Source: Pseudomonadota bacterium (GTDB lineage: Bacteria > Desulfobacterota > Desulfobacteria > Desulfobacterales > JBDRRP01). From it: a DNA stretch of 64,000 nucleotides. Positions 47,031-57,167 of this stretch are shown in pieces. A model generated the notes under the pieces. It made no database searches. It was given only the letters and a program-made list of their open reading frames with translations, and was not told the DNA's origin. A program made the position numbers and the translations under genes. The stretch is from positions 1-64,000 of the forward strand of contig JBDRRP010000108.1 of NCBI GenBank assembly GCA_043825735.1, in the 5' to 3' direction. Numbering within the stretch: position 1 is the stretch's first letter; each line of letters starts with the position of its first letter.

Positions 47031-48770
47031 TCAATACCGGTGTGATGGTTTTTTCCGGCGGTCTTTTGACCCGTGCCGGGGCGTCTCGCCGGTCACCGCC
47101 CCCTTCTGTTGTTGGCGCTTCACCGGGTCCTTTTCCACAAAGATCGGCGCACCCGTGAAGGGATCGCACCCGGTGGCGTACATGAGCGTGGCATAGGTCG
47201 ATGGCGTGGGGGTGAACACCTGGACCTGCTCTGGGTTACGGACATTCAGCCGGTCCCTGCAGAATCTTCCCAGCGCTGCCATATCCGACTGGGTGCACCC
47301 CGGATGGGCGGCCATGAGATAGTAGGTGAGAAACTGGCGTTTGCCCGATGCCGCCGAGAAACGGTCAAATTTTTCTTTGAAAGCAATCAACTGGTCAGAG
47401 CTGTTTTTACCCATTAATGTAAGGACGTTATCGACGCTATGCTCAGGCGCAACTTTAAGTTGGCCGGATACGTGATGGGCGGCGAGTTCGGAGAGATAAC
47501 CGTCACCGTCCCGGGTGTCGGCCATGATGAGATCAGTGCGCAGGCCGGAGGCCACCACCACCTGGCGGACACCGGGCAATGCCCGTAGCCGTTTCAGAAG
47601 GTCACGTTGAGGACCATGGCTCACCGGCAACCGGTCGCATACGGTTGGAAACAGGCATCGGCGGTGACGGCAGGCGCCCTTGGTGGATTTACGATCGCAC
47701 TCGAAGCCGTACATATTGGCGGTGGGGCCGCCCACGTCGTGGATCCGTCCCTTGAAATCGGGGCGGGCGATCATCAGCCGTGCTTCGTCAAGAATCGAAT
47801 CGGGACTGCGCCAGTGGACGGTGCGTCCCTGGTGCACGGCAATGGCGCAGAAGTGGCACTCGCCGTAGCAGCCGCGGTGGGTGGCGATGGAGAAACGGAT
47901 GGTCTCGATGGCGGAAACCGCTCCCTGATCGGCATGGCTTGGATGAACGGCGTTTTCCCAGTCCAGCGCGTGTACGGCATCCATCTGTGCGGTGCTCAGG
48001 GGCGGCTGCGGCGGGTTTTGCACCAGGTAGCGGGTGTCCTGCAGCTGCACCAGGCCCCGGGCGGTGACGGGGTCGGTGTTGCCGTAAAACTGGTGAAACA
48101 TGTCGATAAACTGACGCGGGGCTTCAGCCACGGTGCCGTGCGTGGGCAGCACGACATATCCCTTCGGCGGCGCACTCGAGGCGTAGCACAAGCCGTTCAG
48201 TTCATCGACGGGTTGCCGGTGTGCCAATCGCTGCGCCAATTGAACCACCGTGGTTTCGCCCATGCCATAGATCAGATAATCGGCCTTGGCGTCAAAGAGC
48301 ACGGACCGGCGAATCCGGTTTTCCCAGACATCGTAGTGGCTGATCCGCCGCAGACTGGCTTCAATGCCGCCCAAAACGATGGGAACGGTATTTTTGACGT
48401 GGCGCCGGATGAGGTTGCTGTACGCGATCACCGCACGGTTGGGACGCCGATCGTTTTTCCCTCCAGGGGTGAAATCGTCTGAACGACGGGGCTTGCCCGC
48501 TGCGGTGATATTGGCCACCATGGAATCGACGCTGCCTCCGGTGACACCCCAAAACAGTCTGGGTTTGCCCAGACGCTGGATGTCCAAGGCTGATGAGAGG
48601 TCGGGCTGAGCGATGATCCCCACCCGGAAACCCTCGGCCACCAGCACCTTGCCGATGACGGCGACCCCCATGAGGGGGCTGTCGATGTATGCGTCTCCGG
48701 TGACCAGGATCACGTCCAGTTCAGGCCAGCCTAAGGCGTCGCATTCTGCTGAGGTTGTGGGAAGGAACAT
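47031..48770 (-). CDS. ygiQ: YgiQ-family radical SAM protein
   Basis: VTGDAYID, DSMVAN, GGIEASLRR, HRGCYGECHFCAI, GGPTANMY, LKVAPEH, QVQVFTPTP. Confidence 0.9.
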   Translation of the reverse strand: MFLPTTSAECDALGWPELDVILVTGDAYIDSPLMGVAVIGKVLVAEGFRVGIIAQPDLSSALDIQRLGKPRLFWGVTGGSVDSMVANITAAGKPRRSDDFTPGGKNDRRPNRAVIAYSNLIRRHVKNTVPIVLGGIEASLRRISHYDVWENRIRRSVLFDAKADYLIYGMGETTVVQLAQRLAHRQPVDELNGLCYASSAPPKGYVVLPTHGTVAEAPRQFIDMFHQFYGNTDPVTARGLVQLQDTRYLVQNPPQPPLSTAQMDAVHALDWENAVHPSHADQGAVSAIETIRFSIATHRGCYGECHFCAIAVHQGRTVHWRSPDSILDEARLMIARPDFKGRIHDVGGPTANMYGFECDRKSTKGACRHRRCLFPTVCDRLPVSHGPQRDLLKRLRALPGVRQVVVASGLRTDLIMADTRDGDGYLSELAAHHVSGQLKVAPEHSVDNVLTLMGKNSSDQLIAFKEKFDRFSAASGKRQFLTYYLMAAHPGCTQSDMAALGRFCRDRLNVRNPEQVQVFTPTPSTYATLMYATGCDPFTGAPIFVEKDPVKRQQQKGAVTGETPRHGSKDRRKKPSHRY

Positions 48771-48921
48771 GGGTCTCAACGGGTTAGAGGGTCAATGCTT
48801 TCACTGCGTGGTGCGGGGCCGAAACATCAACGCGCCACGTACGCACAACCACTGTTAAAAGCAAATATGATAAGGCCGATTGTCAAATACGCCAGGGCAT
48901 GGGCGTCTGATTAGTGGGCGT

Positions 48922-50259
48922 TTACAAGTCTTTGAGGGCCAGGTTGTCGGGAGACGATTTAAGCAGTTCTTCGAATTTATTGAGCGTTTTCGACAGCTTC
49001 TCCAGCTCCGGCGTTTCTGCGATGGGCAGTTGGTTGACGCCGTGCTTGTCCAGTGCCTCGAGAACGGAGGTAACGGTAAAAAAGTGGGGGTCGCGGGCCG
49101 GCTGATACCCCACGGCACCGCTCTTGCCGCTGTGGGTCCGAGATACCAGTGACCGGTCCACCATGTCTCCCAGGTCTCGCTCCACCAGGCGCAGGGGAAT
49201 TTGAAGTCTGTGGCTGATGGCCTCGGCGGTCATGGCCGGCTCTCCGGTAATAAATTGTTTCACCAGAAGGTGGGCGATCTGCAGGGCCAGGAGCTTGTTG
49301 TAGCGTGGGCTGATGTTCTTATAATCGGGCTCATGCTCGTGAATGTCCGCATTCTGATGCGCGTAGGACATTTCTGCGCCGAAGAGCACGATGAGCCAGC
49401 TGATCTGGATCCAGATGATAAACAGGGGCAGGGCTGCAAAAGAACCGTAGATGGCATTGTAGCGGGCCGCCCCGATCTGAAAGCTCACGTAGATCCACTG
49501 GGCGATCTGGTAAGCGCTGCCGGCGATGATGCCACCGACGAACCCGGAAAAAAGGCGCACCCGGGTGTTGGGCATAATAACGTAAATCAGGGTGAACAGC
49601 AGCCAGAGCAGCACCGTGGACAGGAGTTTGAGACCGGCGTAAATGGCCGGTCCGATGTACTGCATGATGTGGTACTGCTCGGAGACTTCGATCACTTCAG
49701 AGGAGATGAATACCGTCAGGCTCCCTGAAATGAGCACCAGCAGTGGTGCGGTGAACATCATGGAAAGATAGTCGCTGAATTTGCGAACCAGCGTTCGGTG
49801 GGTGGTGATGCCCCAGATCCGGTTGAAGGCCTCTTCGATGTTTGAGAGCACCTTGAGTACGGTGTAAAACAGCAGGGTGATTCCCACCCCGGCAATCAGG
49901 CCACCTTTGGCCGTGGCCAGAGTCTGCTCGGCGAACTCGATGATCCGTGAGATCACCGCTTCCTGACCGGGAAGCCTCTCAATAAGCTGTCTTTCCAGCA
50001 TGTTCCGGAACCCAAACCCCTTGGCGATACCGAACGCCATGGCCGCCACCGGCACCACCGCCAGCAAGGAAAAGAAGGTGAGCGAGGAGGCCCTAAGGGT
50101 GCAGCGGTCTTTGACAAAACCGCTCATCGAGAGCAGCAACACGCGCAGCTGCCGGACCCAGAAACGTTTTAAGGGCGGCATGTCAGCCAGACGCATGCGC
50201 CAGATATCGGTGTTCAGGTACTGAAAGACGCCGATGGCGCGTTCGCGATGTCCGGGCAT
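48922..50259 (-). CDS. YihY/virulence factor BrkB family membrane protein with C-terminal wHTH-like domain
   Basis: ASSLTFFSLLAVVP, IEEAFNRIW, PNTRV, YNAIYGSFAALP..W..VLFGAE. Confidence 0.88.
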   Translation of the reverse strand: MPGHRERAIGVFQYLNTDIWRMRLADMPPLKRFWVRQLRVLLLSMSGFVKDRCTLRASSLTFFSLLAVVPVAAMAFGIAKGFGFRNMLERQLIERLPGQEAVISRIIEFAEQTLATAKGGLIAGVGITLLFYTVLKVLSNIEEAFNRIWGITTHRTLVRKFSDYLSMMFTAPLLVLISGSLTVFISSEVIEVSEQYHIMQYIGPAIYAGLKLLSTVLLWLLFTLIYVIMPNTRVRLFSGFVGGIIAGSAYQIAQWIYVSFQIGAARYNAIYGSFAALPLFIIWIQISWLIVLFGAEMSYAHQNADIHEHEPDYKNISPRYNKLLALQIAHLLVKQFITGEPAMTAEAISHRLQIPLRLVERDLGDMVDRSLVSRTHSGKSGAVGYQPARDPHFFTVTSVLEALDKHGVNQLPIAETPELEKLSKTLNKFEELLKSSPDNLALKDL

Positions 50260-50293
50260 AGGACACAGTTCCTTTGACTGGGGTTTGACTGAA

Positions 50294-50785
50294 TCATCCC
50301 TTCCCGCAGCATTTTTTGTATTTTTTCCCGCTGTTGCACGGGCACGGATCGTTGCGGCCCACTTTTGGGGCGTCCCGGACCACCTGCCGGATCTCAGGCG
50401 TGGTGCCATCCAGAAACACCCATTTGCCATCCTCTTTCTTGAAGGTTGCCAGTTCATGATGCTCCTGGCGGCGATCTTTTTCACGAAACCGGGCCTTGAA
50501 TTCTACCTCTCCGGCGTCATCGTCTGGGCCGCCGGCAGTGGTATCGACAATCTCCAGACCAAGCCACTGTGCGCCGGTAGCCCATTTGCGGATGGCCTTG
50601 GGCTCGTGTTGATCTCGTTTGCTGGAATGAATGCTGGCCATCAGAAAATCAACATCGGCGCGGGTGAAGGCAGTGTATCGGGCGCGCATCAGCGCCTCCG
50701 CCGTTTCAGCCGGACGGGTGCCGTCAAGAATGGGATCGCAGCAGTCTTCGCTGGCTTTTCCGGTACCGCAGGGACAGTCAGTCAT
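50294..50785 (-). CDS. YchJ-family protein with SEC-C motifs
   Basis: [24 protein letters not shown]-terminal [19 protein letters not shown]. Confidence 0.92.
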   Translation of the reverse strand: MTDCPCGTGKASEDCCDPILDGTRPAETAEALMRARYTAFTRADVDFLMASIHSSKRDQHEPKAIRKWATGAQWLGLEIVDTTAGGPDDDAGEVEFKARFREKDRRQEHHELATFKKEDGKWVFLDGTTPEIRQVVRDAPKVGRNDPCPCNSGKKYKKCCGKG

Positions 50786-50950
50786 CGGTGGCGCTCCTTC
50801 GTATTTCAAAGTGATCGATTCCGCCGCCCCGTCGAAATCGGGTGGCGATATGCTGCTTATACCGCAAACCCGAGTCTATTTGTACCAAGAAAAGAGGGCA
50901 AAGGGCGATTGCGATCGAATCTCATGACGCACCGGGTTTTCCGGCGGGCA

Positions 50951-53032
50951 TCAGTCGCCGAACCAGCTTTTCAGTTTTTTACCGATCGATTCCATGAGTC
51001 CGGATTTGGAGTCCTTTTTCTTCGGAGGCGCCGTTTTCTTGGGCGGTTTCACTTGCCTCCCGGCCTTGGCAGTGCGAATTGCAGCAACGCAGGGGTTGTC
51101 GTCGCCGCCGCTGGTGCCGACCAGGGCCGCAGCCAGACCGAAGGGACCGAAAAGGGTAAACCCGCCGATGGCCTTGCCGATGGTGATGGCCGTATCGGTC
51201 GCGTTCACTTCTATCGTGGGATCGGCCAGGGTGCCGCCCAGCTCAAGCGGTTTGGCCAGTTCGGTGAAACTCATGGTTATGCGTCCGATGCCGGAGGCGC
51301 CCAATCCTTCCTTTAGAACGGGGGTCACGTCCATATTCAAGGCCTCTGTTTTCAGGTTGATCGAGCCCTCTCCGGCCGCCGCCAGGTGCGGGGTGTCCAT
51401 CACCAGGGCCGTGGCATCGGCCAGTCCGTCTTTCACAGCAAAGTGGGCAACCATGCAGGTAATGTCTGTCGTGTCTCGGTTATCCGGCGTAAACAGTCGC
51501 GTAAGCCCGTCCTGCATGCTGCCACCGAACCGGCTGAATAGACTGTTGTTGAGTTTCCCTTTGCCCATGATAACCGATACATGGCCTGTGGCCGAGCCCA
51601 TGATATCGGCCACGGAGCGCCCTCGGCCATCCAGGCGAACGTCCACATCCATTTTGCCTTCCAGTCGACGGGGGAGGCCCAGGTCCTCCTGCACTTGTCC
51701 GGCGTTCATATCCCGGATGCTGACATGGGTCGACAGTGACAGGGACCGGCCGGTGTGGCGAAGATCGGCGGTCAATGAAAGGGTCCCGCCGCCGGTGACG
51801 GCGGTGACCGGCGCCAACGTCAGACGCCCTTTTTTTAACGCCGCGGTTGCTGAAAGTCGGGTGAGCGCCAGCCGCGGTAGAAAGCACCGTTTGGCCGAGA
51901 GCGACACCGTCGCATCGATCTTGCGAATGAACGCCAGGGGCAGGGGCACGCTGGAAAACACTTTTCGCGGCGCGTCTTTGGACTGGGCGCGCTCAACCTG
52001 CTTTCTGGCGGCGGCAATGACATCCCTGAAGTCCAGGGTGCGTGCTGTAAGCGTTGCCGTAACCCGGGGAATTGGGGAATCCAGTTGGATGGTGGCATCA
52101 CCGGAAAGATCGCTGCCGCCTGAAGCAAAGCTGATCTCGGACAGGGCAAAAGGCGCCGTTGCCTTTCGCATCAATCGACCGGAGGCCGTCACCGGGTAGA
52201 TCAGAACGGCCGGAATCCCAATTGATGCCAGCAGGGGACGGGGGCGACGGATACGGGCTGTCATGCGCAGGTTGAGATCGGTTACATTGAGCACATCTCC
52301 AATGACGCCGGTTGCCGTCATCTCATCGTCTTTAGACCGGATGACGACGTCGATGGGCCAGGGGCTGCCGTCAACAAGGGATCTTACCGACCCCAGGTTT
52401 CCGGTGACGGACATGTTTTTGCCAAAGATGCTGGCGCCCATATCGATGGACACAGGATTGTTGATGCCGGTCACGGTGGCCGAAAGGCGACTTATCCCGA
52501 CATCGATCCGGCGATGGGTCTTCGCGTTGACAACGGCAAGTCTGCCATTGGTGACAGTCACGGTGTCCAGTGACAGATCCGGCATGAAAGACATGCCCCC
52601 GCCCTTGCCGCCAGAGGGACCGACGGGGATTTTTCCCCTGGTGAAGGGCAGATTGGTCAGACCCTGGGGGGATCTTTCAATGATGAGATCCGGGCCGTCA
52701 AGAATCAGCCGGTGGACCCGAATCTCCCCACGGAAGATGGGCAGTACCGCCACTTTTAATTCCAGCCGCCGGATGGTGAGCATGTTCGGGCGGCTGCCCC
52801 AGGATGCGTTTTGAAAGGCCAGATCGTCCACTTCGATGCCGGGTCGCAGCCCCAGCGTTGGACGGATCCCGCCGCGGATGACGAGACGACGTCCGGTGAG
52901 CGCTTGTGACAACCGGGCCAGATCCTCCCGGGCGGCGGTGAAATCATAGGTGGCCAGAGCAATGAATGACCCCAGACTCAGCAGCACAAACACGCCCAGA
53001 ATGCCCAGAAAAATCCATTTGAAGATTTTCAT
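50951..53032 (-). CDS. AsmA-family protein
   Basis: N-terminal TM, ALTGRRL, NASW, beta-rich body, C-terminal CMVAHF..DG..GTLADP. GGAGG RBS. Confidence 0.85.
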   Translation of the reverse strand: MKIFKWIFLGILGVFVLLSLGSFIALATYDFTAAREDLARLSQALTGRRLVIRGGIRPTLGLRPGIEVDDLAFQNASWGSRPNMLTIRRLELKVAVLPIFRGEIRVHRLILDGPDLIIERSPQGLTNLPFTRGKIPVGPSGGKGGGMSFMPDLSLDTVTVTNGRLAVVNAKTHRRIDVGISRLSATVTGINNPVSIDMGASIFGKNMSVTGNLGSVRSLVDGSPWPIDVVIRSKDDEMTATGVIGDVLNVTDLNLRMTARIRRPRPLLASIGIPAVLIYPVTASGRLMRKATAPFALSEISFASGGSDLSGDATIQLDSPIPRVTATLTARTLDFRDVIAAARKQVERAQSKDAPRKVFSSVPLPLAFIRKIDATVSLSAKRCFLPRLALTRLSATAALKKGRLTLAPVTAVTGGGTLSLTADLRHTGRSLSLSTHVSIRDMNAGQVQEDLGLPRRLEGKMDVDVRLDGRGRSVADIMGSATGHVSVIMGKGKLNNSLFSRFGGSMQDGLTRLFTPDNRDTTDITCMVAHFAVKDGLADATALVMDTPHLAAAGEGSINLKTEALNMDVTPVLKEGLGASGIGRITMSFTELAKPLELGGTLADPTIEVNATDTAITIGKAIGGFTLFGPFGLAAALVGTSGGDDNPCVAAIRTAKAGRQVKPPKKTAPPKKKDSKSGLMESIGKKLKSWFGD

Positions 53033-53075
53033 GTAGGCCTCCATGGCGCGCCCGGGGCGGCAATGGCGGCGGTCG

Positions 53076-53537
53076 CTATCCGATGCGGGGAGAAAGGGAC
53101 CAGGTGATGACCCATGAGTCGAAATCGGCGTGATGGTCGAGGCAGACGATGCCGGCATTTTGGAATCGAAACACGGGGCGGGTGGCGGTACCGGTTACAA
53201 GATAGGCTGCCAGCCGTTCCATGAAAGGAAGATGCCCCACCAGCATGATATTGCTGGCCGGATCCAGCACTTCGGCGATGAGCGTCACATCGTCCAGGGG
53301 GGCAAGACCCGGCATATCGGTGACGCCGCCGGAGGGCTGTAGTGCTTGGTCGAAGATAGCGGCGGTTTCCATGGCCCGCAACTTTCCGCTGTGGCGGATC
53401 TGGGATACGTGTACACCATAGGTTTTGGCAACGCCTGCGATGGTCTCTGCAGCTTTGCGACCTTCCGGGGAAATGCCCTTTCGGGGGTCCAGTTCCTTGG
53501 GAAGACTGAGGGCGTGTTGTACCAGATAGATGGCCAT
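53076..53537 (-). CDS. sixA: Phosphohistidine phosphatase SixA-like
   Basis: IYLVQHA, HSGKLRAMETA, MLVGHLP. Confidence 0.8.
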   Translation of the reverse strand: MAIYLVQHALSLPKELDPRKGISPEGRKAAETIAGVAKTYGVHVSQIRHSGKLRAMETAAIFDQALQPSGGVTDMPGLAPLDDVTLIAEVLDPASNIMLVGHLPFMERLAAYLVTGTATRPVFRFQNAGIVCLDHHADFDSWVITWSLSPRIG

Positions 53538-53716
53538 GGCATAGCCTCACGTTCGTTGTCTGAAGTGACACGGCTGTCAATGACATAAGCGCCCTCACCG
53601 CCCGTGGTGTGAACGCCCGATGACGGATTTTTAAAACCGGTTGCTGCTGTGTTGAAGCACACTCGCGCCTGTTTTTCAATACGCAGCGGAACGGTCGCGG
53701 TGGGCGCCGGTGCAGT

Positions 53717-54205
53717 TCACCCGTCTGTTGCCGTGGAGACGCTCACGGCCGCCAGGAACTCGGAGAGCGCCGCCGGAGCGATTTCCACCAGCAATCCACG
53801 TTTTCCCCCGTTGATGTAAACCCGCGGCAGTCCCAGGATACTCGATTCCACGTAAACCGGCAGCGGCTGCCGCAGACCGAAGGGACTGATGCCGCCTACC
53901 CGGTACCCGGTCAGTTTTTCGGCCATCTTGGGGGCGCAGGGGACAATGCGTTTTACTCCCAGCAGACGCGCCAGGGTTTTGGTCGATACCTCGCAGTCGC
54001 CGTGCATCAGCACGATAAGGGGGCGCTTGCCGTCAGCTTCAAATATCAGGGTCTTAACCACGTGGTGGCAGGATACACCCAAGGCTTGGGCGGCTTGGCG
54101 AGCACCGCCGCTGTCGACGTAGTCATAGGGCAAGAGGCGATGGGCGACGCCCCCCCGTTGAAGTGCTCTGATGGCCGGTGTGACCGGTGTGCTGTTTTTT
54201 GCCAT
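53717..54205 (-). CDS. ybaK: Cys-tRNA(Pro) deacylase (YbaK/EbsC)
   Basis: TPAIRAL, VKTL, TGYRVGGISPFG, NGGKRG. Confidence 0.88.
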   Translation of the reverse strand: MAKNSTPVTPAIRALQRGGVAHRLLPYDYVDSGGARQAAQALGVSCHHVVKTLIFEADGKRPLIVLMHGDCEVSTKTLARLLGVKRIVPCAPKMAEKLTGYRVGGISPFGLRQPLPVYVESSILGLPRVYINGGKRGLLVEIAPAALSEFLAAVSVSTATDG

Positions 54206-54217
54206 GAGGTTCGGGGC

Positions 54218-55234
54218 TCAGGCGGTGGAGCCGCCACAACTGGAGCCGCTGCCCGCCGTGCAGCCAAAACAGTGCGGCGCTACCTGAATATCTCTACCGA
54301 GCAAGGCGTTTTTGTCAAAATTGAAGACCGTCATGGGGACGCCGTCAACAACGATCTGCATGCGCAATACCTGGTTGAAATCGCAGTCGTAGAGGCGACC
54401 GTCCGGCGCTACACTGATCTGGCTGCGGCACATCACGGAAGTAGCCGCACAGGGGTTGAAGCTCTCCACCAGTTTTTTCCAGTATTGATCGAGGGCGCCA
54501 ATTTTTTTGAGCTGCTCCCTGAACCGGAAAATAGGCATGTTGGTGATGGTGTACAGGTGATCGAACCGGATACCGAAGTCCATTTCAAGTCTGTTCTTGA
54601 ACTCCCGTTCCAGGTTTCCTTGATCGCCGGGAAGAAAGGCGCCGGCCGGGTTGTAGACGAGGTTGAGGGTGAGACCACTGCCCGGTTGTCCGTATCCGGC
54701 GGCATTGAGTGCTTTGAGACCGTGAATGCTCTTATCGAACGCTCCCGCTCCCCGCTGAAGGTCGGTGAAATACCTTTGAAAATAGGGGAAGGAGGAAACG
54801 ACTTCGACACCATTTTCTGCAAAAAAACCAGGCAGGTGTTCCATAGATGCCCCGGTGCTCGGATGGCCGTCCGTGGTCACCGTGAGGTTGTGGCGCACGA
54901 TGACATGCCTTCCAAGATGCCGTGCTTTCTTGACAAACCGGCTGAAGTGGGGGTTGAGCTCGGGTGCTCCTCCGGTGAGATCCAGAGTGCCGATTTCAGG
55001 GTGTCGACTGAGGACATCCAGGCACTGGTTGATCACCTCGGCGTTCATCATTTCGGTTCGGGTGGGTGAGGCCTGGACATGGCAGTGCATACAGGCCTGG
55101 TTACACATGTAGGTGACGTTTACCTGAAGCACGTTGATGGCCTGGGGGGGAATGTTCAGATCATTTCGTCTTAAAAATTCCTTGAAATCGTGAATTTTCT
55201 GGAGGGCGTGTTCGGTGAATGTCGGATCGGTCAT
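54218..55234 (-). CDS. arsS: ArsS-like radical SAM protein with Cys-rich C-terminus (DUF3641)
   Basis: LQVNV..MCNQACMHCHV, DLTGGAPEL, LNLVYNP, ITNMPI, MCR, YDCDFNQ, HCFGCTAGSGSSCGG. Confidence 0.82.
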   Translation of the reverse strand: MTDPTFTEHALQKIHDFKEFLRRNDLNIPPQAINVLQVNVTYMCNQACMHCHVQASPTRTEMMNAEVINQCLDVLSRHPEIGTLDLTGGAPELNPHFSRFVKKARHLGRHVIVRHNLTVTTDGHPSTGASMEHLPGFFAENGVEVVSSFPYFQRYFTDLQRGAGAFDKSIHGLKALNAAGYGQPGSGLTLNLVYNPAGAFLPGDQGNLEREFKNRLEMDFGIRFDHLYTITNMPIFRFREQLKKIGALDQYWKKLVESFNPCAATSVMCRSQISVAPDGRLYDCDFNQVLRMQIVVDGVPMTVFNFDKNALLGRDIQVAPHCFGCTAGSGSSCGGSTA

Positions 55235-55260
55235 GATCCCTCCTTTCAATGCCTGGCGAA

Positions 55261-55596
55261 TTACATGGCGCCCATCTTTTTAAGCGCGTTGTGCATCTGA
55301 ACACCGTGAACCAGGGTCATTCCGGCATCCATGGCGGCGGCCACATGGAGGGCCTCGGTCATCTGATCCGGGTTGGATCCGGCTTCGAGACAGGCCCGGG
55401 TGTAGGCGTCGATGCAGTAGGGGCATTTATGAGAATGCGCCAGGGCCAGGGCGATGAGCGATTTTTCTCGCTTGGTCAGCGCTCCGTCAGCGCCGGTGAC
55501 CTGGTTGTAATAATCAAAAAACTTGCGTGTCAGCTCCGGCATAAAAGCTTTGATTTCGGCGAAACGGTCCAGATCATCACTTTCATAGTAATGCAT
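55261..55596 (-). CDS. CMD/AhpD-family peroxidase-like protein of the type associated with arsS
   Basis: KFFDYY, GALTKREKSLIALA, CPYCIDAYT, LVHGVQM. Confidence 0.85.
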   Translation of the reverse strand: MHYYESDDLDRFAEIKAFMPELTRKFFDYYNQVTGADGALTKREKSLIALALAHSHKCPYCIDAYTRACLEAGSNPDQMTEALHVAAAMDAGMTLVHGVQMHNALKKMGAM

Positions 55597-55716
55597 GGGG
55601 ATCTCCTTGGTGGGTTAATGCCGGAAACGCCTTAGACCACTGACGGTCGGTCGCACTGCGGCTGGATTCATTACATAGAGGTTTTACTGCCATAACCGGA
55701 AGCATGGGTCAATCGG

Positions 55717-56190
55717 TTAGGACTTCGGTGCCATCGACTCGGGCATGCGTACAGCAACCACCGTACCCCTGGCGCACAGGGCCTCGCCGGAATGAACCGT
55801 CACGGCCACAACGGTTTTTTTGCCCTTGATCTCGGCGACGGTGCCCCGCACCAGCAACTGACGGTCGATTGGGGTGGGTTTGAGAAAATCCACCTGAAGA
55901 GAGGCTGTGACATAGCGAAACGGGGGCGAACTATCCATGGGCCGACCGGCTTCACGATAGGCGGCTGCTGCTGCGGTTCCAGTGGCGTGGCAGTCGATGA
56001 GGGAAGCCAGAAGGCCCCCGTACACAAAACCGGGCACCGCAGTATGCTCCGGCCGGGGGCGAAACGTACAGACGGTGGCATCCCCGTCCCAGGTGCTCTT
56101 GATCTGGAGTCCGTGGGGGTTGAGTCGGCCGCAGCCGTAACAGTGGCTGACATCGTCAGGGTAATAGTCCTGGAAAGCTTTTTCGGTCAT
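55717..56190 (-). CDS. PaaI/hotdog-fold thioesterase
   Basis: HCYGCG.LNPHGL, VYGGLLASLIDCH, VTASLQVDFLKPTP. Confidence 0.88.
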   Translation of the reverse strand: MTEKAFQDYYPDDVSHCYGCGRLNPHGLQIKSTWDGDATVCTFRPRPEHTAVPGFVYGGLLASLIDCHATGTAAAAAYREAGRPMDSSPPFRYVTASLQVDFLKPTPIDRQLLVRGTVAEIKGKKTVVAVTVHSGEALCARGTVVAVRMPESMAPKS

Positions 56191-56269
56191 GTCAATTTCC
56201 CTTGTCAGTGTCCGAGATCTTATGGCATTAAAACGGTGTTATTTCTAACGGTTCCGTTCGGTTTTCAGT

Positions 56270-56830
56270 TCAACACTTGAGGCGAAGGACCGTCGCGATG
56301 GGCGGGTCCGCGCCCAGGCCATGGATCAGTTCGTCCAGGTTCTCGATTGTCGCCAGGCAGCGGCTGGTGGCACTGAGTCTGGCGGCGGCTTTCCGTGCCA
56401 GGGACCGGGCGGCAGATCGGCGACCGGACTGCAGTTGTGAAAAGGCCCCTGCAGCCATGATCCAACCCTGAAGGGCTGTTTTGCGAGGGGGATGGGACCG
56501 GTGCCAAAATATTTCCAACCATTCGTGACACTCGAAAAACAGGCCCCGGTTCCAAAGGACGCGGGCGGTATTATCCTCGGCGATGGCCCGTGTCATGCGA
56601 AGATCCGCCAACACGGCCCGGTAGTCCGTCAAGCGGTCGGACAGATAGGTGCGGCAGGCCTTGGGCAGAGTGGTACGGTGCCACTGAAGGGCGCAGGCGT
56701 CAATGGCGTCCGGGGTCGTGTGCAGCACCGCGCTGATGAGGGCCGCTCCCAGTGTGTTGCGAACGTTCCGATCCAAGCGATGGGAAAAAGGGTCGAACCC
56801 CAGGATGGCGCCGATTTTTTGAACGGTCAT
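56270..56830 (-). CDS. DUF309-domain protein
   Basis: WNRGLFFECHEWLE.FW..ALQGWI motif. Confidence 0.78.
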   Translation of the reverse strand: MTVQKIGAILGFDPFSHRLDRNVRNTLGAALISAVLHTTPDAIDACALQWHRTTLPKACRTYLSDRLTDYRAVLADLRMTRAIAEDNTARVLWNRGLFFECHEWLEIFWHRSHPPRKTALQGWIMAAGAFSQLQSGRRSAARSLARKAAARLSATSRCLATIENLDELIHGLGADPPIATVLRLKC

Positions 56831-57132
56831 GGGTGGGGCAGCTTTTCCGTGACGCTGCGCACCTTGTCATCCATGGTTTGGGCCCGGTCGGTGCGGGTGC
56901 CAAGTTTGATGGTGGTGGTAATCCGCGGGGCGCCCATGGCGTGAATGGTCTCATGGCAGCGGCGCACTGCGGCCATAACCGCGTCCCAGTCGCCTTCGAT
57001 GTTGGTGCCGTAAGCGTGAAGCGCGTGTCTCAGCCCGGCATCGGCGAGCACGGTCTGGCAGGCGGTGACGTAAGGAGACACCGATACCCCCACCCCCAAG
57101 GGGACCACGCAAAGGTCCATGATGACGTGCAT
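56827..57132 (-). CDS. MTH1187-family thiamine-binding protein
   Basis: VVPLGVGVSVSPYV, HAYGTNIEGDWD, GAPRI, RTDR..KV.SV. Confidence 0.9.
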   Translation of the reverse strand: MHVIMDLCVVPLGVGVSVSPYVTACQTVLADAGLRHALHAYGTNIEGDWDAVMAAVRRCHETIHAMGAPRITTTIKLGTRTDRAQTMDDKVRSVTEKLPHP

Positions 57133-57167
57133 TTGAAATCTCCTGACGCTTCAGTATCGTTATCGGT

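Noticed and set aside
54218..54260. Selenocysteine read-through in the arsS-like gene
   Set aside because: The relevant position is TGT (Cys), and the TGA comes after the complete GSSCGGSTA end.
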